Shown here: positions 37,191 to 50,529 of the stretch, piece after piece
Layout: every line of letters starts with the position of its first letter
Position numbering within the stretch: position 1 is the first letter of the stretch
Assembly (NCBI RefSeq): GCF_002571385.2
Contig: NW_019217996.1
Span: forward strand, 309,530 to 373,529
Origin: Stylophora pistillata
Lineage: Eukaryota
Direction: 5' to 3'
DNA length: 64,000 nucleotides
Program-made: the position numbers and the translations under genes
The notes under the pieces: generated by a model
The model's input: the letters and a program-made list of their open reading frames with translations, nothing else
Database searches by the model: none
What the model was told of the DNA's origin: nothing

Positions 37191-40100
37191 TCCCACACAC
37201 GAGATTACTGTGTGATGGATGTCCTCCCCTGGGGTGGGATGGGAGGGAGGGTGGACTAGCACGAATAGTTCCTATGTTCCTTTCTAGTCCTTCCCCACTG
37301 CAAAACTTAATGCAGTGAAAATGGACTAAATTAAATTAATTCTGAGAGATAACCTTTGAGTTCTCAAGAACCGTAGGAATAGTTTTATTTGTTACTAAAG
37401 TGTGTTGACAATTGAGAAAATTTTCCTGCCGGTAAACTCCCGAACAGCGTTTTCTGGGAAATTCAGGATGTTTCCATTAGAAACTGAGAAATAAAAGTGA
37501 AAGTGCTTCTCTGGTCCTTCTAATTGTTATTTTTATGATTCCAACACCTTGTCTAACGTGAGAAGAGCTATTTTTTACTTAGTTTTTCCCCCGAAGATCT
37601 TTCTCGTTGTCAGGGACCTCAGGTGTTTGCGACAACGGTAAGTCCGCACTAAATCGCGACAGGGACGAGTATCAAATGGGATTGTAAGACTGTAACACGG
37701 CAAACGAGTTTGTCTTAAATTTGTTTCTAAGTCTCTTATTACGATGTACCGAAGCGACAGAAATAAGGTTTGGCCTTTTAAAACCGAAAGCGGCATTGCT
37801 ATATCTGGGAGTTTAAGAGCTTACTGTTTTTCATTTTATCCTAAAACTTGACCTATTCGCTACTGAAGCAGGCTGTAACTCGCGTGGATCATGGTCAGAG
37901 TTCAAGTCCTCTAAACGAAACGTTTCTATGCTAGCGCACTTGTCCTAAAAGATGGTATCCGAGGAAGGTAATGTGTTCTATGTATCAAGAAATTTTAGTG
38001 CCTAATAGGTTATGATTTATTCATTGAATCAAAACACACGCAGTTTCTGGTTATTGTTGACGCAGATCAATAGAAAACACATTTTGTTTCTCATGAAAGG
38101 TGCGAAGGATTATGCTCGAATTTTGGTAGCTTGGAAAAATGAAATGCGCTGTGCCCAAATTGAATATTTATTTTATCAGCTGTCTAATTTAAATATTATA
38201 ATAATAATTTCAAGTTTATCGCCACAAAAACTAAAACTAAACCAAGGTTTCTTTTCGTGAACTCATTGTCATGCATACGTCATCTGTCCACCAGTTTGAA
38301 GAGAAAACTAAATTCAATATGGCGGCAGCCAGGCATTCAGAAACAAGAAAGCTCCGCAGAGGCAAAGAAGGCACCCAATTCAGCTCTCAATTCATACAGG
38401 TTTTGTGCTATATTCCTGTTATTTTGTATACCCGGTTAAATAACGAAATTATTCATGTAAAGATCTAGAAATCCTAATCACATTTTGTCGACCGATGACT
38501 AAGATCGTGTCAGCCGTGAATGATCAGTTAGCAACAATAAGCCGTCAGTTTCAAAAAAAACAGCACGCATATAAAGCATTATTTGTAATCCCTTTTGTCA
38601 TGATATGATAAATATACATATTCCTAGGAGAGGTAAGTGGTTACTCTTCAGTCTTTTGTGGTGTTTGAAGCCTTAGGTCTCCCACTTTTGTTGCAACTCA
38701 AATTGGAATATTCTGAAGTAATGAGGGCAATGTCAGTCGGTGTTAATTACGATAAAGATCCAAAGCGGAATTTTCATTTTCATATGAATACGCATGTTAT
38801 TGCATTCCGACCGTCTTAATGATAAGTATGGATTTCATTACATTTATTTACAAGATAACGTTATTATCTTACACTGTTTATTTTGTATAATTCAATAATA
38901 TACAGGATCAAACATTTAGATTGTTGGTTGAGGTCCAGAGTTCTCGGCCTTTGACGCCGGCTCGCTAGCGTTGCACTCCATCATTTCCCAGTAATCTTTC
39001 GTCCTTCAGTCCTTCGGTGTTGAATGCATTCCCAGACTTTGCTAGCAGTTACTTTTACCTCTTTCTACAAAGAAAAGAAAAAGAGTGTCTCTAAAGCTCT
39101 CCCACGTGGCTATCATATTACTGTGACTTCGAGCTAACCGCCAGCAAAACCATATCTTTCCGGCCTCGCGGCACGTGACGCCAACTGGATGTTGGCCGCC
39201 CTAACCTGTTCACAGACCCCTACAACGATGTTTTTAAAATCCGTGCGAATGGTTTTAGCCACACATGCGATACTGAGCGTTTCCTATGGTGCCAGTTTGA
39301 AAGACAAACATTTGCGCTACTTGTCGACCATGATCACTCACGTGTTTGATATATGACAGTGGCGAGGCTACACGAATTGATGGCAAATGAATCAAACTTT
39401 TACTTTCGGCCAACTCACAACTACCTGATTTTAAAAGGTCAGTTAGGACCCTTGTTAATTGATCCTCAAAATTGCAATTTGGAATCGAGTTGGTTCGCTA
39501 GGTGACAACCAACACGCGATCACCAGAAACTCATCAAGATCGGTATCCATCCAGCCTTTCGTCTGTGGTATTACCTAACCTAAGGAAACACCGAGTTTTC
39601 CTGTAGTTTTCATACTTAACTTTAATCTTGCGAAGTAGCTCTGTGACTTATTTATGTGACAACTTTCTTTAACGACTCGCTTTTCTTGAAGCTGTCGGCA
39701 GTCCGAAGGCACACAGTCTATATGATCTTGTATCCTTCCTCGTTGAGTTGCCGTGTAAAGAGCGACCAATGTCCTTTTTATTTAGTGGTTCTGCTGGTTG
39801 TGTCACTGTACGAAGTACCTATTAATGCCTGTACGTCTGTCAACTACGAGAAGACATCCTTCTTTGCTCAACCGACCATTGGCAGAAAAAAAAGTCAACT
39901 GCTAAATAAAAGGCCCCTAACGCGAACTGCCAAGGGAACGGAAGCTTTTCGAGGCACTTGGAAGTTAAATTGGGTTAGCTGATCACTGAAAATGTCTGTC
40001 CTGCAAGGGAAATAATTCAATAAGTTCGGAACGCCGGTGGTCCTTAGAAAAGATCAGCCGAGATTGATATGTGATGTAGGTTTGTTCATGGTTTCTATCA

Positions 40101-40964
40101 TGTAAACTCCTTATGCCTCAGGTGGAAGGTGACGAGTGTGATCGGGTAGTTGCCTTACCTCAGACGTTTTTAGTACACTGCAGGAAAAAGCACTGTATCT
40201 TACGTGCTTTCTCGTGAGCTTATTCAGTGACTAAAACGAATGGCTAAGTCCTTTCGTTTTCTTTTCAACTAGTCTAGTCCCGCTCCCAATCAGTCGCTTT
40301 TCGAAGGTCTCGGTAACGCTCGAAATGTCAGCTCTTGAATTCTTTACGATATTCAATTTATATCACTCAGTTGATGAAACAAAATTGTCTACTAACTCTG
40401 TTTGTGTCGACCATATGATTGAAAGAGAGCAGCAAGACAAACGTAGGCTTTCAGCAGCTGGCATGAGAAAGAACAGCGTCATAACTTTTAGCAACTGACG
40501 GCCGTTACGTCAGAGTTTTAACTACAACGAAACCGGTTACCTTTTACCATTCAATATTTCAATTCGGCCTCTGAATTTTGCATTTTGATGTGTTCTCTAA
40601 ATTATTAATACGCGCGTAATTCTGCTAAAAAATTGAAATTTGTAAGTCGGCTTGAATCATTAGTTGATTCAAATCTTAGCGAAGATTCAGTAAAAGATGG
40701 AATTTTTTTGTCGTTGTTCTAAGCTGTAGCCGGAGAAATGGGTTATAAAGTAGAACTTGTCAACAAGCCGAAACATTCGTTTTCAAAAAGTGGACAATTT
40801 TTTACGCAATATTTTCGGTGCAGACCATTCCGACAAAAATATATTTCTTATATATTTTTTTACGAATTTCTCTGTGAAGAAAGGCTGATAGTTTCCAAAG
40901 AAACTGTTAGGGGCTGCATCGGTGGGGGTAACGAAATAATTTGGATATATCAACAAAGTTGAAA

Positions 40965-41522
40965 TGGTAAATTAGCCACCGTAACGATTACAAAAGCTGA
41001 CGTTTCGAGCGTTAGCCCTTCGTCGGAGTGAATAGAGGAATTGTGGGTTGTGTGTGTTTTTGAAGGCAGAAAATGGAGCTACGTTATTGGTGGGAACATG
41101 GCAACGAGAAAAACACGAATAAATTAGTAGAATGAAAAGCGTTCGTTGATGCTTGTGGGATTTAGACTGCCGGTTTGAAAGATGAGCTTTTGTTCAAGAG
41201 TTTTACGGCTTTTCGTGCTACCTAAGTGTAAGGAAAGACCGCAGATTGCCATATGTTGCTTAGAATGGTTAGATAAATTACAGTGTCTAGAGACTGGTTT
41301 CGATGTGTCCTTGTCATTCCTTTCGATGTCGCGATGGTGTTCTCTGAATCGGTCGCCTAGTCTAGATGCAATAAGTGCAAGTTATAAAATAGATTACATT
41401 AGCGGAGGTGCACGTGAAGTGATCCGTGATCTTAATGGATCGTTTAGATCCATTTTCTGCCCTTAAAAGCACACACAACCCACAATTCCTCTATTCGCTC
41501 CGACGAAGGGCTAACGCTCGAA
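40965..41522 (-). mobile_element. Penelope-like retroelement 3' fragment (GIY-YIG with internal deletion) with an inverted pseudo-LTR
   Basis: The reverse strand reads GSKRSIKITDHFTCTSANVIYFITCTYC / RLGDRFREHHRDIERNDKDTSKPVSRHCNL...LEQKLIFQTGSLNPTSINERFSF*. 41004-41060 is inverted at 41466-41522. Confidence 0.8.
40993..41032 (-). ncRNA. Minimal hammerhead-ribozyme-like motif in the Penelope pseudo-LTR (second, truncated copy on + at ~41495-41522)
   Basis: CT-CCGACGA-A-GGGC-TAAC-GCTC-GAAAC-GTC-AG: a CUGANGA-variant core, stem II, GAAA and a GUC cleavage triplet. Confidence 0.6.
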
Positions 41523-41523
41523 N

Positions 41524-41808
41524 ACATTTAGTAGAATTTGAATTCATTCTATTTTGGCTTGCCCACTGTAAAAACTGATTTATTAAGTCTACAGAGTGAT
41601 CTTTATAATAATATACCGGAGCAATAATCGTACAGTCATCAGCGTATTTGAAACCAAGTGTCTCGTTCCCTAATTTAATTTCCAGATCGTTAAGAAATAT
41701 ATTGAACAAATAAGGTCCTGAAACACTACCCTGGGTTGTGCCCTTGTTAACTGTTTTCCAATTACAGACATGATTCCCGAAAATAACTCTTTGTTTTCTA
41801 TCTCGCAA
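41524..41808 (-). mobile_element. Non-LTR retrotransposon (CR1/L2-like) reverse transcriptase fragment
   Basis: RKQRV...GTTQGSVSGPYLFNIFLNDL...KYADDCTI, i.e. RT motifs including YADD. Confidence 0.85.
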
Positions 41809-44800
41809 ACTTTGTTGATATATCCAAATTATCTCTGTAGAAGAACCTCATTAACAAGATAAGCGGTATCCTTTGGAAATGAATTAAGAATAAACTTTTC
41901 GGCCGTTCATTTCTGAAAGAAGTCTTTAAATAACATTTTTCAATTTTTGTCGGTGAAAATAACCGCGTATTGATGAAACAATTTGTCATGGACTAAAGAA
42001 AGGAGATGTGATTCCCCTCTCCATTTGCGGAGAGGAACAAGGACACTAGGATGGATGTTCATTCAATTCAGTGATTGTAAAGGACTTGGCTTCCTAAATT
42101 AGTGCGGACTGTTACCGCAGGTTTCACTCAGTAGCTAAATGAACAAAGTTAGAAGTGGTGCGTCTGCAATTATTAGAATATAAACGGCAACGGCAGTCTT
42201 CCAAATAGACAAAGAGTCGTTTTTGATGAATGCTGGAAATGGCTCAAAATCATACCTTGACGTAATTCTTAGGAGTTTCCTTGCACATTATGGGAACATT
42301 ATTAAACCTTGCAAATTCCCACAATTCACACCCTTGAAAATAAGTAACTAATTTATGAATTTTAGGAAGTGTTAAGTACTATACAAGTAAACAAACTCCC
42401 CGGCTGACAATCATCTATTTGTGTCTAACAAAAGGAGAACACAAGCTCGAGGGTGCTATATTTAGCACACGCGTCATGTGACGAGAAAAGAATTCAGGAA
42501 CTAACTGAGACCGACAAAGCTGAAACAGATCGAAACGAACTATGGAACTTTATTTATCTACGCCGCTATTTCTGTCAACATTTAAAGGGCATTAATTTGG
42601 CGTATAGGAACAAGTACCCATTGAATCTGAGAACGATATATATTTTGAAAATTTCTCCATCTATGCTGCCAGCACTTGAATTAGGGTATTCAAACGCTGA
42701 CGTGTCACGTATCAGTTTCTAATTCCGTGTAAACAAGAGTGACGTGTGGGTCTTTTTTTGCACATCAATCACATGATCTCATTTGGAAAAATTGGAGTGT
42801 ACTCGACGTCGTCACTTTAGTCAAATTTTGTTACGTGTTGGATGAACAGGTCCCTACCATCACAGAGAAATAAAGGTAAGCTTTATCTCGAGTCAGTCCA
42901 CAGAAGAAAGGCAGAGAGATTACATAATTCACCTGGTTTTGACCGTTCCAAACAAACAGGGACACTCTAAGGCGATGTTTCGTATGCAATTGTTGGATTT
43001 TGTTTTGAATTGCCGGATACCAGAATAAACTTGCGGTCTGCCGTGGCAAGCTAATTTTGACATGATGCCGGTAGGACTCAATAGATAATTCGCACAGTTT
43101 TTTTTGTTGCGTTTTATTGCAATAGCCAGTGCAGCATTTTCTAGGTTATATCCGCCAGTATCTTTTAGTGAAAAGTGTCTACACTTTTACTTCCTTGATT
43201 AGGTTCAATTGCTGCTGGGACAACGAAACCACCGAATCGGAAAATTGTCATGAAATTTATGTGCAAAATTATTTTTTTTAACGTTATCTAAAGTTTCTGC
43301 TTTCTTCTTTTAATGGATTTGAAACAATAACACGTTCTGTTCGACCTCCTGCAACCACCAATGTTATGTTTTAAAGTCATGTAGAAATGTGAATGTAATT
43401 TGGTTGATTACGTTAATGGTAAGTTTATGACATAGCAATATTGTTGTGCATGCCTGTGCTTGAATAACCTTGATTCGTTCTGTTCATTTTTTATGAATGA
43501 TTTCAAGTGATAAATATTTTTAAACAATGATTTGCCTGAATGATTTTGAGTTTTAAGAGAGAGATCCGCCCCTAAAATGAAATATGTGCAGTGATTCTGC
43601 TAGGAATGTATAGAAGCCGTTGGACCGCAATACGTTACAATGCACTCACTGAACCTTTGCTGTCGTTATCAAAATTTCTCAAGTTTTCTTAATTCGATCA
43701 AACTACTTAAGGTATCTCATATGGGTTACCACAAACTGCATGTAAAGTTGTGCCTCTTTGAAAGCAGTCCTATGTCAAAAGCAACATCTTTCTTATGAAA
43801 ATTGGGCAGAAGTGAATTGAAATTCGTGCCCTCGTGGACGAATGTCTTCTGCCCTCGTATCTGTTGATCTGAATACGACGTTGCTTGTATTGCCAAAAAT
43901 GCAGTATTTAGTGTGTGGTTCACTATTTCCCGTATCAACTCCAGCCATATTCAGCAAATAGTCTTTTTATCGGCGTGAGTAGTAACTCCTGAAGAAAAGA
44001 GCTCTTTAAATTGATGTAACTGCCAGTATCACGGCCAAAACGGCGTGCATGATAAGTTCTGTCACTGTTAAAAAAAAAAAACTCAGAAGAAAATAAAGAT
44101 GAAAATTACGCAAAATGCCCATTATCACGATAAGGAGCGCTTGAAAAAACCTGCCTTATGAAAAATGTTTTTGAAACGTTTTATCACCCCACTCTAACTC
44201 TTAGGTCTGATTATTTGAACAAAGTTTAGCCGTTGTTTAACAAAACTGCGCCCTTACAATCTGAAATTTAGCTGAACCTTTTGCCTGAACGTTTATTTTT
44301 GTGAACAGCGACAGGAGAGCCGAAAAGTTAGTTGAAGGACATTTATTTAATTAGATCAACCCTCTTAAAAAGAAAACTTGAGGCACACTAATTGGATAAA
44401 ACCGCGTTTGGATTAGACTTCGTGCCGGCCCTTGACCTATCCATTCTCAGGAAAAAGAAGAAATTTCTCTGCATAGTATCAATACATTTTCAAGCAGAAG
44501 GTAACGAGAAATTAAATAAAGTATTGATTGATTGATTGATTGACTGAGAAAAAGAAAATGTTTACTAGCTACAACAACTGATGAATTCAGTAAACCGGCA
44601 TCAAATTTAACTATAACAAATGTAAAGCAGACAACTTCAAAAACTTCACTTCAAGGTTTAGCTGTCTTAAGGAATTTAAGCAATTTAAATTCCTGAAGTT
44701 TTCAGTTATTGTCAATGCGTGGCAATCTTTTTCCATCCTCAACCTTTTACACCGTAACATTAGCATACATATTCTCCATACTGTTCTCTTTATATTTTCC

Positions 44801-45607
44801 CATAGTTCTGACAAGGAGAATTTGTATAATAATCAAATTTCTTTAGTTGATGATCATTTCCTTTATTCTCGTTGATTCAGGGGTGATATTGTAAAAAGTT
44901 AGGAGCTGGTCACTTCAAGGGGATAAAGAGTTAAACATCTTCGCTCCCTTACGCTCTAATTATTTATTTCTCAGTTTGGCGGTTTTCCATCCCACCAAGC
45001 CTGTATTTTTTGCCTCAGTCCCTCTCGCTTATAACTGAGTAAGTTATTCACATCTCAGTAGAGTTTCTCCGCCACATGAATGTCGTGTAGTTGTAAATCT
45101 GCGGAGAAACAGAAGGTGTAGCTATCGCTAGTTTCGACGTCACTGCACCCTCTTGTTTTTGTTTTTTTTAACCAAACCGACCACAACAAAATTAAGGAGA
45201 AAAAAAATTACATTCTTGCCTGGTAATTGTGTATGGACGGAAGCGACGGAACGAGAAGAGGATGATATAAGTAAACGGTACATTTACAGGAACACAAAGG
45301 GTGTAACTCGTATATACATTCTTTTTAGCCTTGCTCACACTTAGATGCTTTCGGCTGTGTCTCATACTGAATGAACGAATTTGAAAGCAGTTCACTTTCC
45401 TGCTTGCTTCAATACCCCAGTACTTCTCACTTTGCTTGTTAAGATTTGTTACAGAAGACGTTTTGTCTGAAAGCTAATAGTTGAAAGCTATATCGCCACC
45501 AACACTTGTAGACAGCACTATCCTAAAGTTTGATTTCGCTTTTTAATTCCGAGATAATCAAAGAACATTCGTTACGTTTCTACAAATGATTGAGAGAGCT
45601 CTTAACG

Positions 45608-45760
45608 GCTTGCTCCCAGTTGGCTTGCTAGCTCAATCAGTAGAGCGCTGCACTAGTATCGCAGAGGTCAGTGGTTCGTATCCCGTACAGGCCTGATTTT
45701 TTTTTCAGGTCTGATTTTCGCTATTGCTTAAATAGCGCTATCTACTGCGAGGATCGTGCA
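45608..45760 (+). mobile_element. tRNA-like repeat (not a functional tRNA); similar remnant at ~54000-54105
   Basis: tagctcaatcagtagagcgctgcac...ggttcgtatccc followed by aggcctgattttttttcagg. The acceptor stem does not close. Confidence 0.5.
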
Positions 45761-48700
45761 TCATACGTAAAAATCATAGTTGTCGATAAAAAAGAAATAT
45801 TTTGACTGGCAGTTTATTTATATTTTCCTCTAGTTGAGCCGCAAAGTGTTTTCTTGAAAAAGCTGTCTATAACGAGAACATGTCATCATGCTGTATATGT
45901 AATCTTAGTAATTTCACGGCTAAGTTTTGTGAGATACAAATCTTTGGCTCGATCCTCGAATGTTGCGTCCAGGGTATAGTTTGCACAGAAAATCCGAAGT
46001 AAACTTTTCTACAGAATTTAACCCTGATCGAACCTTGTATCTGGTGTTTTGACTGCAAACTGAATACCCTAACTCTAAAAATTTCATTTTATAACTTATT
46101 TTCGGGATGAATATTTGGGATTACGAATATGACGTTTAGATTGTAAAATGATTTTAGTTCGAATCTTCTGGCGAAGTAGCTGATTTTCATCAAGGAACTT
46201 TCACGCCGATGAAGCGTTCTATAATCATCCCCCAACTCCGGATGCACATTTTTTCTTACCTCTTTTTGATGAAAAATTCTGTAAAATGCGATAATTTGGA
46301 GGCGTAGGCAGACATTTAACCCAACCCGCGCGAATCTTTCTTGCGTCATTATGACGTCATAACAATCCTTTCCATTTCTAAAATTTTCGCGTAGACAGAC
46401 TAGAATGCAAATCCTTGGAAGAAGATTTGGCCGAACCTTGTCTTGATCTTTCAGCGATTTAATAGACTGCGATCAGTGTAATTTGATTCAGAATTACAGG
46501 AATTACGGCGAATAACAGGGTAATGTATATTATTCAACTGCGTTTTACTTTTGAAGAATTCGTGTCATAATTAGTATTACACTTTTCAACCATTGAAAGT
46601 CATAATCAGTCAGTTCTTACGTTCTCACATTTACTTTCAATAGTATTGAATCTGGTTCACTCTGAATCTATCCGACTCTATCGGATGAGCTTTCTGAAAT
46701 TACTATCTTTGAGACGAACCGCGGAGTTTGGCCAGCTTCGAATGATTAGTTATTCAAATTATAGTAATATAATTAAGTTTGAGTATTTTGACTTGTTTTT
46801 TCGTACTTATTAAAATCACGGCTTGCCGAGCAGATTACATAATCGAACGACATTTAAAGGTAATTTGGCTTGAAACTGTCGACCGCGCGAACTATTGCTG
46901 CAGGCCATCGGACTAAGATACAAACGCCACTGCTTTTTTTTAGATATTTCGTTTTCTGCTTTCGCTATTACATAAACATTTTAGCCAACTCACAGGGCGA
47001 TAAAAAGTCATACCGATGACAGAATTCTAAAACACGCAATGTTATTGTTAACATCAAGAACTGAAGATCCCACCAAAAATAAATGTCGCTAAGACATTTG
47101 GCTGTCTGTTCCTGAATTCTGGTCAGTGAAACTTGTTGTTCAGGCCCTTTTCTGCTATCCGTGTGGTTAGCCGAGAACTGCCTGCTGATCCGATTTCCTG
47201 TAGTACAGCTTAATCTTCGCGTGGTTATTAGCACTCTACTGATTGGAAAAAGATTACCTTGATGACGGAACTCGTTTAACAGGAAGAAGGAACACTGAAC
47301 TCCGCATTCAAACTTCTTGCATTCTGAGCATAAAAAATAGTCGGCAAGCTTGGGGAGTGGAACAAGATAAAGCAGAAAGTCGGAGGGGAAATTGGAACGA
47401 TGCCTGAAAGAACCTGGGATATTAATAAATCAGTTGACTCAATGTTTCCTCAACGGAATTTCCAGTTCAGCTCAACTTGGCTCAAAGGAGTTTAAGAAGA
47501 TTACAAGCAGAAAATCAAGAATCAACGCATGGGGAAGAAAATACTTTCCCAAATACACTTGATTGTGCTTAAACTTTTGAACAATGCTCGACTGACCTGC
47601 GATTTAGACCGTGAAAAAAATCAACTCCAAACTTTTCGCGTTTTGATGAAAACGTTCCGTTTTTCAAATGTACCTTTATTTTATTGCTGCGAAAAAAGTA
47701 TACTTGCCTCGTCTGTCATTTCTGAGGCTGTATATTTGTTATCTTAGATTTCATTCGGCCAAGTTTTCTATCAATTTAGTAATCATTCCGACTTCCTCTG
47801 TAACGAACTAAGACGTTCCTGAGGGAATATTGTTCAGTGAATTAATTGTGATTTAACTGGCTCTCAAGGATCGCACTTTACAGCCGGCGGCTCCAGTTTA
47901 AAAAATTGAGATTTTTTTCACCAAAAATACTTGAGTAGCGAAGTGGAGTAGATAACTGACAAGCTGTTGCAAGAGACTCGAGAAGCCTTCAAGGTGCTAC
48001 AATGAAATATGGAATTTCATTTCGTGATGTAGTACCTTTGTGCGGTTATTTCAAATTGACTGGGGTGACTTATCGTGAGGTCTGTCTTTTAACGATGACC
48101 ACTAAAGGACCCGTGGCACGCTTTGTGAATTAAGCACTTCAGTCTAAATTTTTCAAGATTGTAATTTGCATTTAGTTTTTAATTTTTCCCTTTCGCAGAC
48201 GTCTTGGTCCTTTCCTGTCTTACTATTCTCTTTATTCCATCTTCTTTCTTCATACCCGGCCAAATCATAACCCTGGGTAGGTCATGCTTCGCAAATATTA
48301 ACATAGCATTACGAGATGCAGGGCTCCCCCGCTTTTGAACACCGTGTTTTATTTTTAGTTTCATTTTAGCTAAAACGAGACAGCTCTCTATGCTAAGTCG
48401 AATTTATGTTACAGAACCGCAGCTCAGCTGTCTGTGATCGAAGGCTCAACGAACTTTAGCCGGCAAATTACACCTAACATAGACCGCACGCGATCCACAG
48501 ATTTATAAATAAATTTACTTGTTCATCGCTTCAATACGCGGTACGAGAGCTATGTTACCGGAGGCTACAGTATTGTTCTAGAAAATTTATATTTAACAAA
48601 CAATTTATACACTGGTATGTACTTGCATGGAATGAGTTCAAAACACTCGTTCAGGACTCTCTTTTTCCGAAAACGAAGAAAGAAAAAAAGTTCCACCCAT

Positions 48701-49789
48701 TTTACTTTTTTACTTCGTGGCGCACAAAAGAGAACAGGTTAAAACAACAAGGGACTGAAAATATCACTGCTTTTTTGTGGTCGATAAGGTATTTGAATAT
48801 TTGCGAGACACGTAAACCTGAATTACAAAAACGAATAATCTCTTATCGGAAATATTATCGAAAACCTCGACAGCTCTATTCAATATTAACACGGAGCGTT
48901 TTTAGGATAAAATTGTAGTTTGTGTGCCTCAGTTTTATCTATGGTCCAAAATGAATTGCCTGTTTTTACCGCATTTGAAATTATCTCTGTCAGATTTTTT
49001 TTAGAAGTCAACTAACCTTAAATGGTTGGTAGGCTATTCATCTCCAGTCTTCAATGAGACAGAATCTTCGGGTTATTTGTACTGAAAGCCAAACAAACTT
49101 AGCACATCACAGATGCATTCACCACCCTATGCGAAACAATGGAAACCCTAATGTACGGCAGCAAATAATTCGCCGTATTAACCAAATGTGTAATACGACA
49201 TATATCTAAATTAATCGTGGAATCAGCTGATACAGCAGGTGAAGTTCGATTCAGGATTGGACCATTTCATTCGATTTTATATTTCTTCAAAATTATCATC
49301 GGAGTTAAAACGACTGAATGTTTCGGATGAGTATTCATTTTTCCCTTGTGCGAATCGTTCATTACAGAAATGTGTTTTCCAAGCCAGCTGGCCATTGAAG
49401 GACTAAAATTTAAAAGCAAATGGTATTCATATCGGCGATGAAAATATATTTAAGAAATAAAAGCGTCTGTGGGGTTAGTAACCCTGTTATCGTCAAGAGT
49501 TTCTTTAAAAGAGTAAGATTTATCTGGAATGAACAAGCTGACTTGCCTAATACTCTCGTCTGGAACCATTTTGATGTCAGATCATGTTTTTAGAAATAAA
49601 AGAAAATAAGGAGGGTGTATCGTGCATTGAGGCAAATAACTTTTTACGAGTCAAGTTATAATTGGATAGCGAAAGAATTGTTTGCCATTTCAAAGATGAG
49701 AGGTACTTCATGTTGAGATGATTTTTTAAATAATTTTTTAAATTTGTTCAAAGGGTGAAAATCAGCAACAACTTTCTGCCATTTTCGCG

Positions 49790-50529
49790 ACATAAATCCT
49801 CGCGGAAAATGGCGGACAATTATAAGGAAGGAGGCGAGGTCTTTTCACTGTTGTCAATCAGTCTACTTTACCTTAGCTGTGCAGGATTTGAGTTTAAATT
49901 CAAAACGGAATAATACCTCAGACACTGACCCAAATATACGTCGGAAAAACAAATTTTTAGTTCTGAACGTTGGGAGAGTCTTAACTGTCTTTCGCTCTCA
50001 AGATTGCGATACTCATAGTTCTAAAAACCCAGCAAAGTAATAGAAAAATCATGGACCAGGTTTTGAACTGGGATCCGCTCCTCCATTCCATAGGTTTAGC
50101 TGTATTCGCGTGCCCTCAAAGTTACTTTCGAGGCTCTGGTTAAGTCCTCGAGAACTCAAGTCTGCTTTTCTTATCGTAAACTTAATGTTCTAAATCACTG
50201 ACCAGTCTTCATGACGAAACTGAAAATGAGAGTTCTACAGGTTCGATTTGAAAAGAAAAGCAACTTTTGGGACAATATTCCTATTATGTTTTCGTCTTCA
50301 ACTTCCTTACACGTGGCTTTATCATAGGCCTCGTTGCTGTGCGAGCTTTCGCTTTCGCAGTGCATTCTGGGACTCGAGGGATCTCGAAGTCCACTCGTAA
50401 AGAAGTTCGGTCAAGGCATATGTTACGTTCATCGTTTAAGCCAGGTTTATCGTGGTTTTTATCCAGTATTCCCACGTAGACGTATCTTATGAGCGAGTAT
50501 ACCTTCTACCAGGGAAGATTTACCTCAAG
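49790..50529 (+). promoter_or_regulatory. Probable promoter / 5' exon of the BAHD1-like gene
   Basis: aaaatggcgg at 49806-49815, CpG-rich sequence, and a strong donor AAG|GTAAGC at 50529/50530. The link to 56022 is inferred. Confidence 0.45.
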
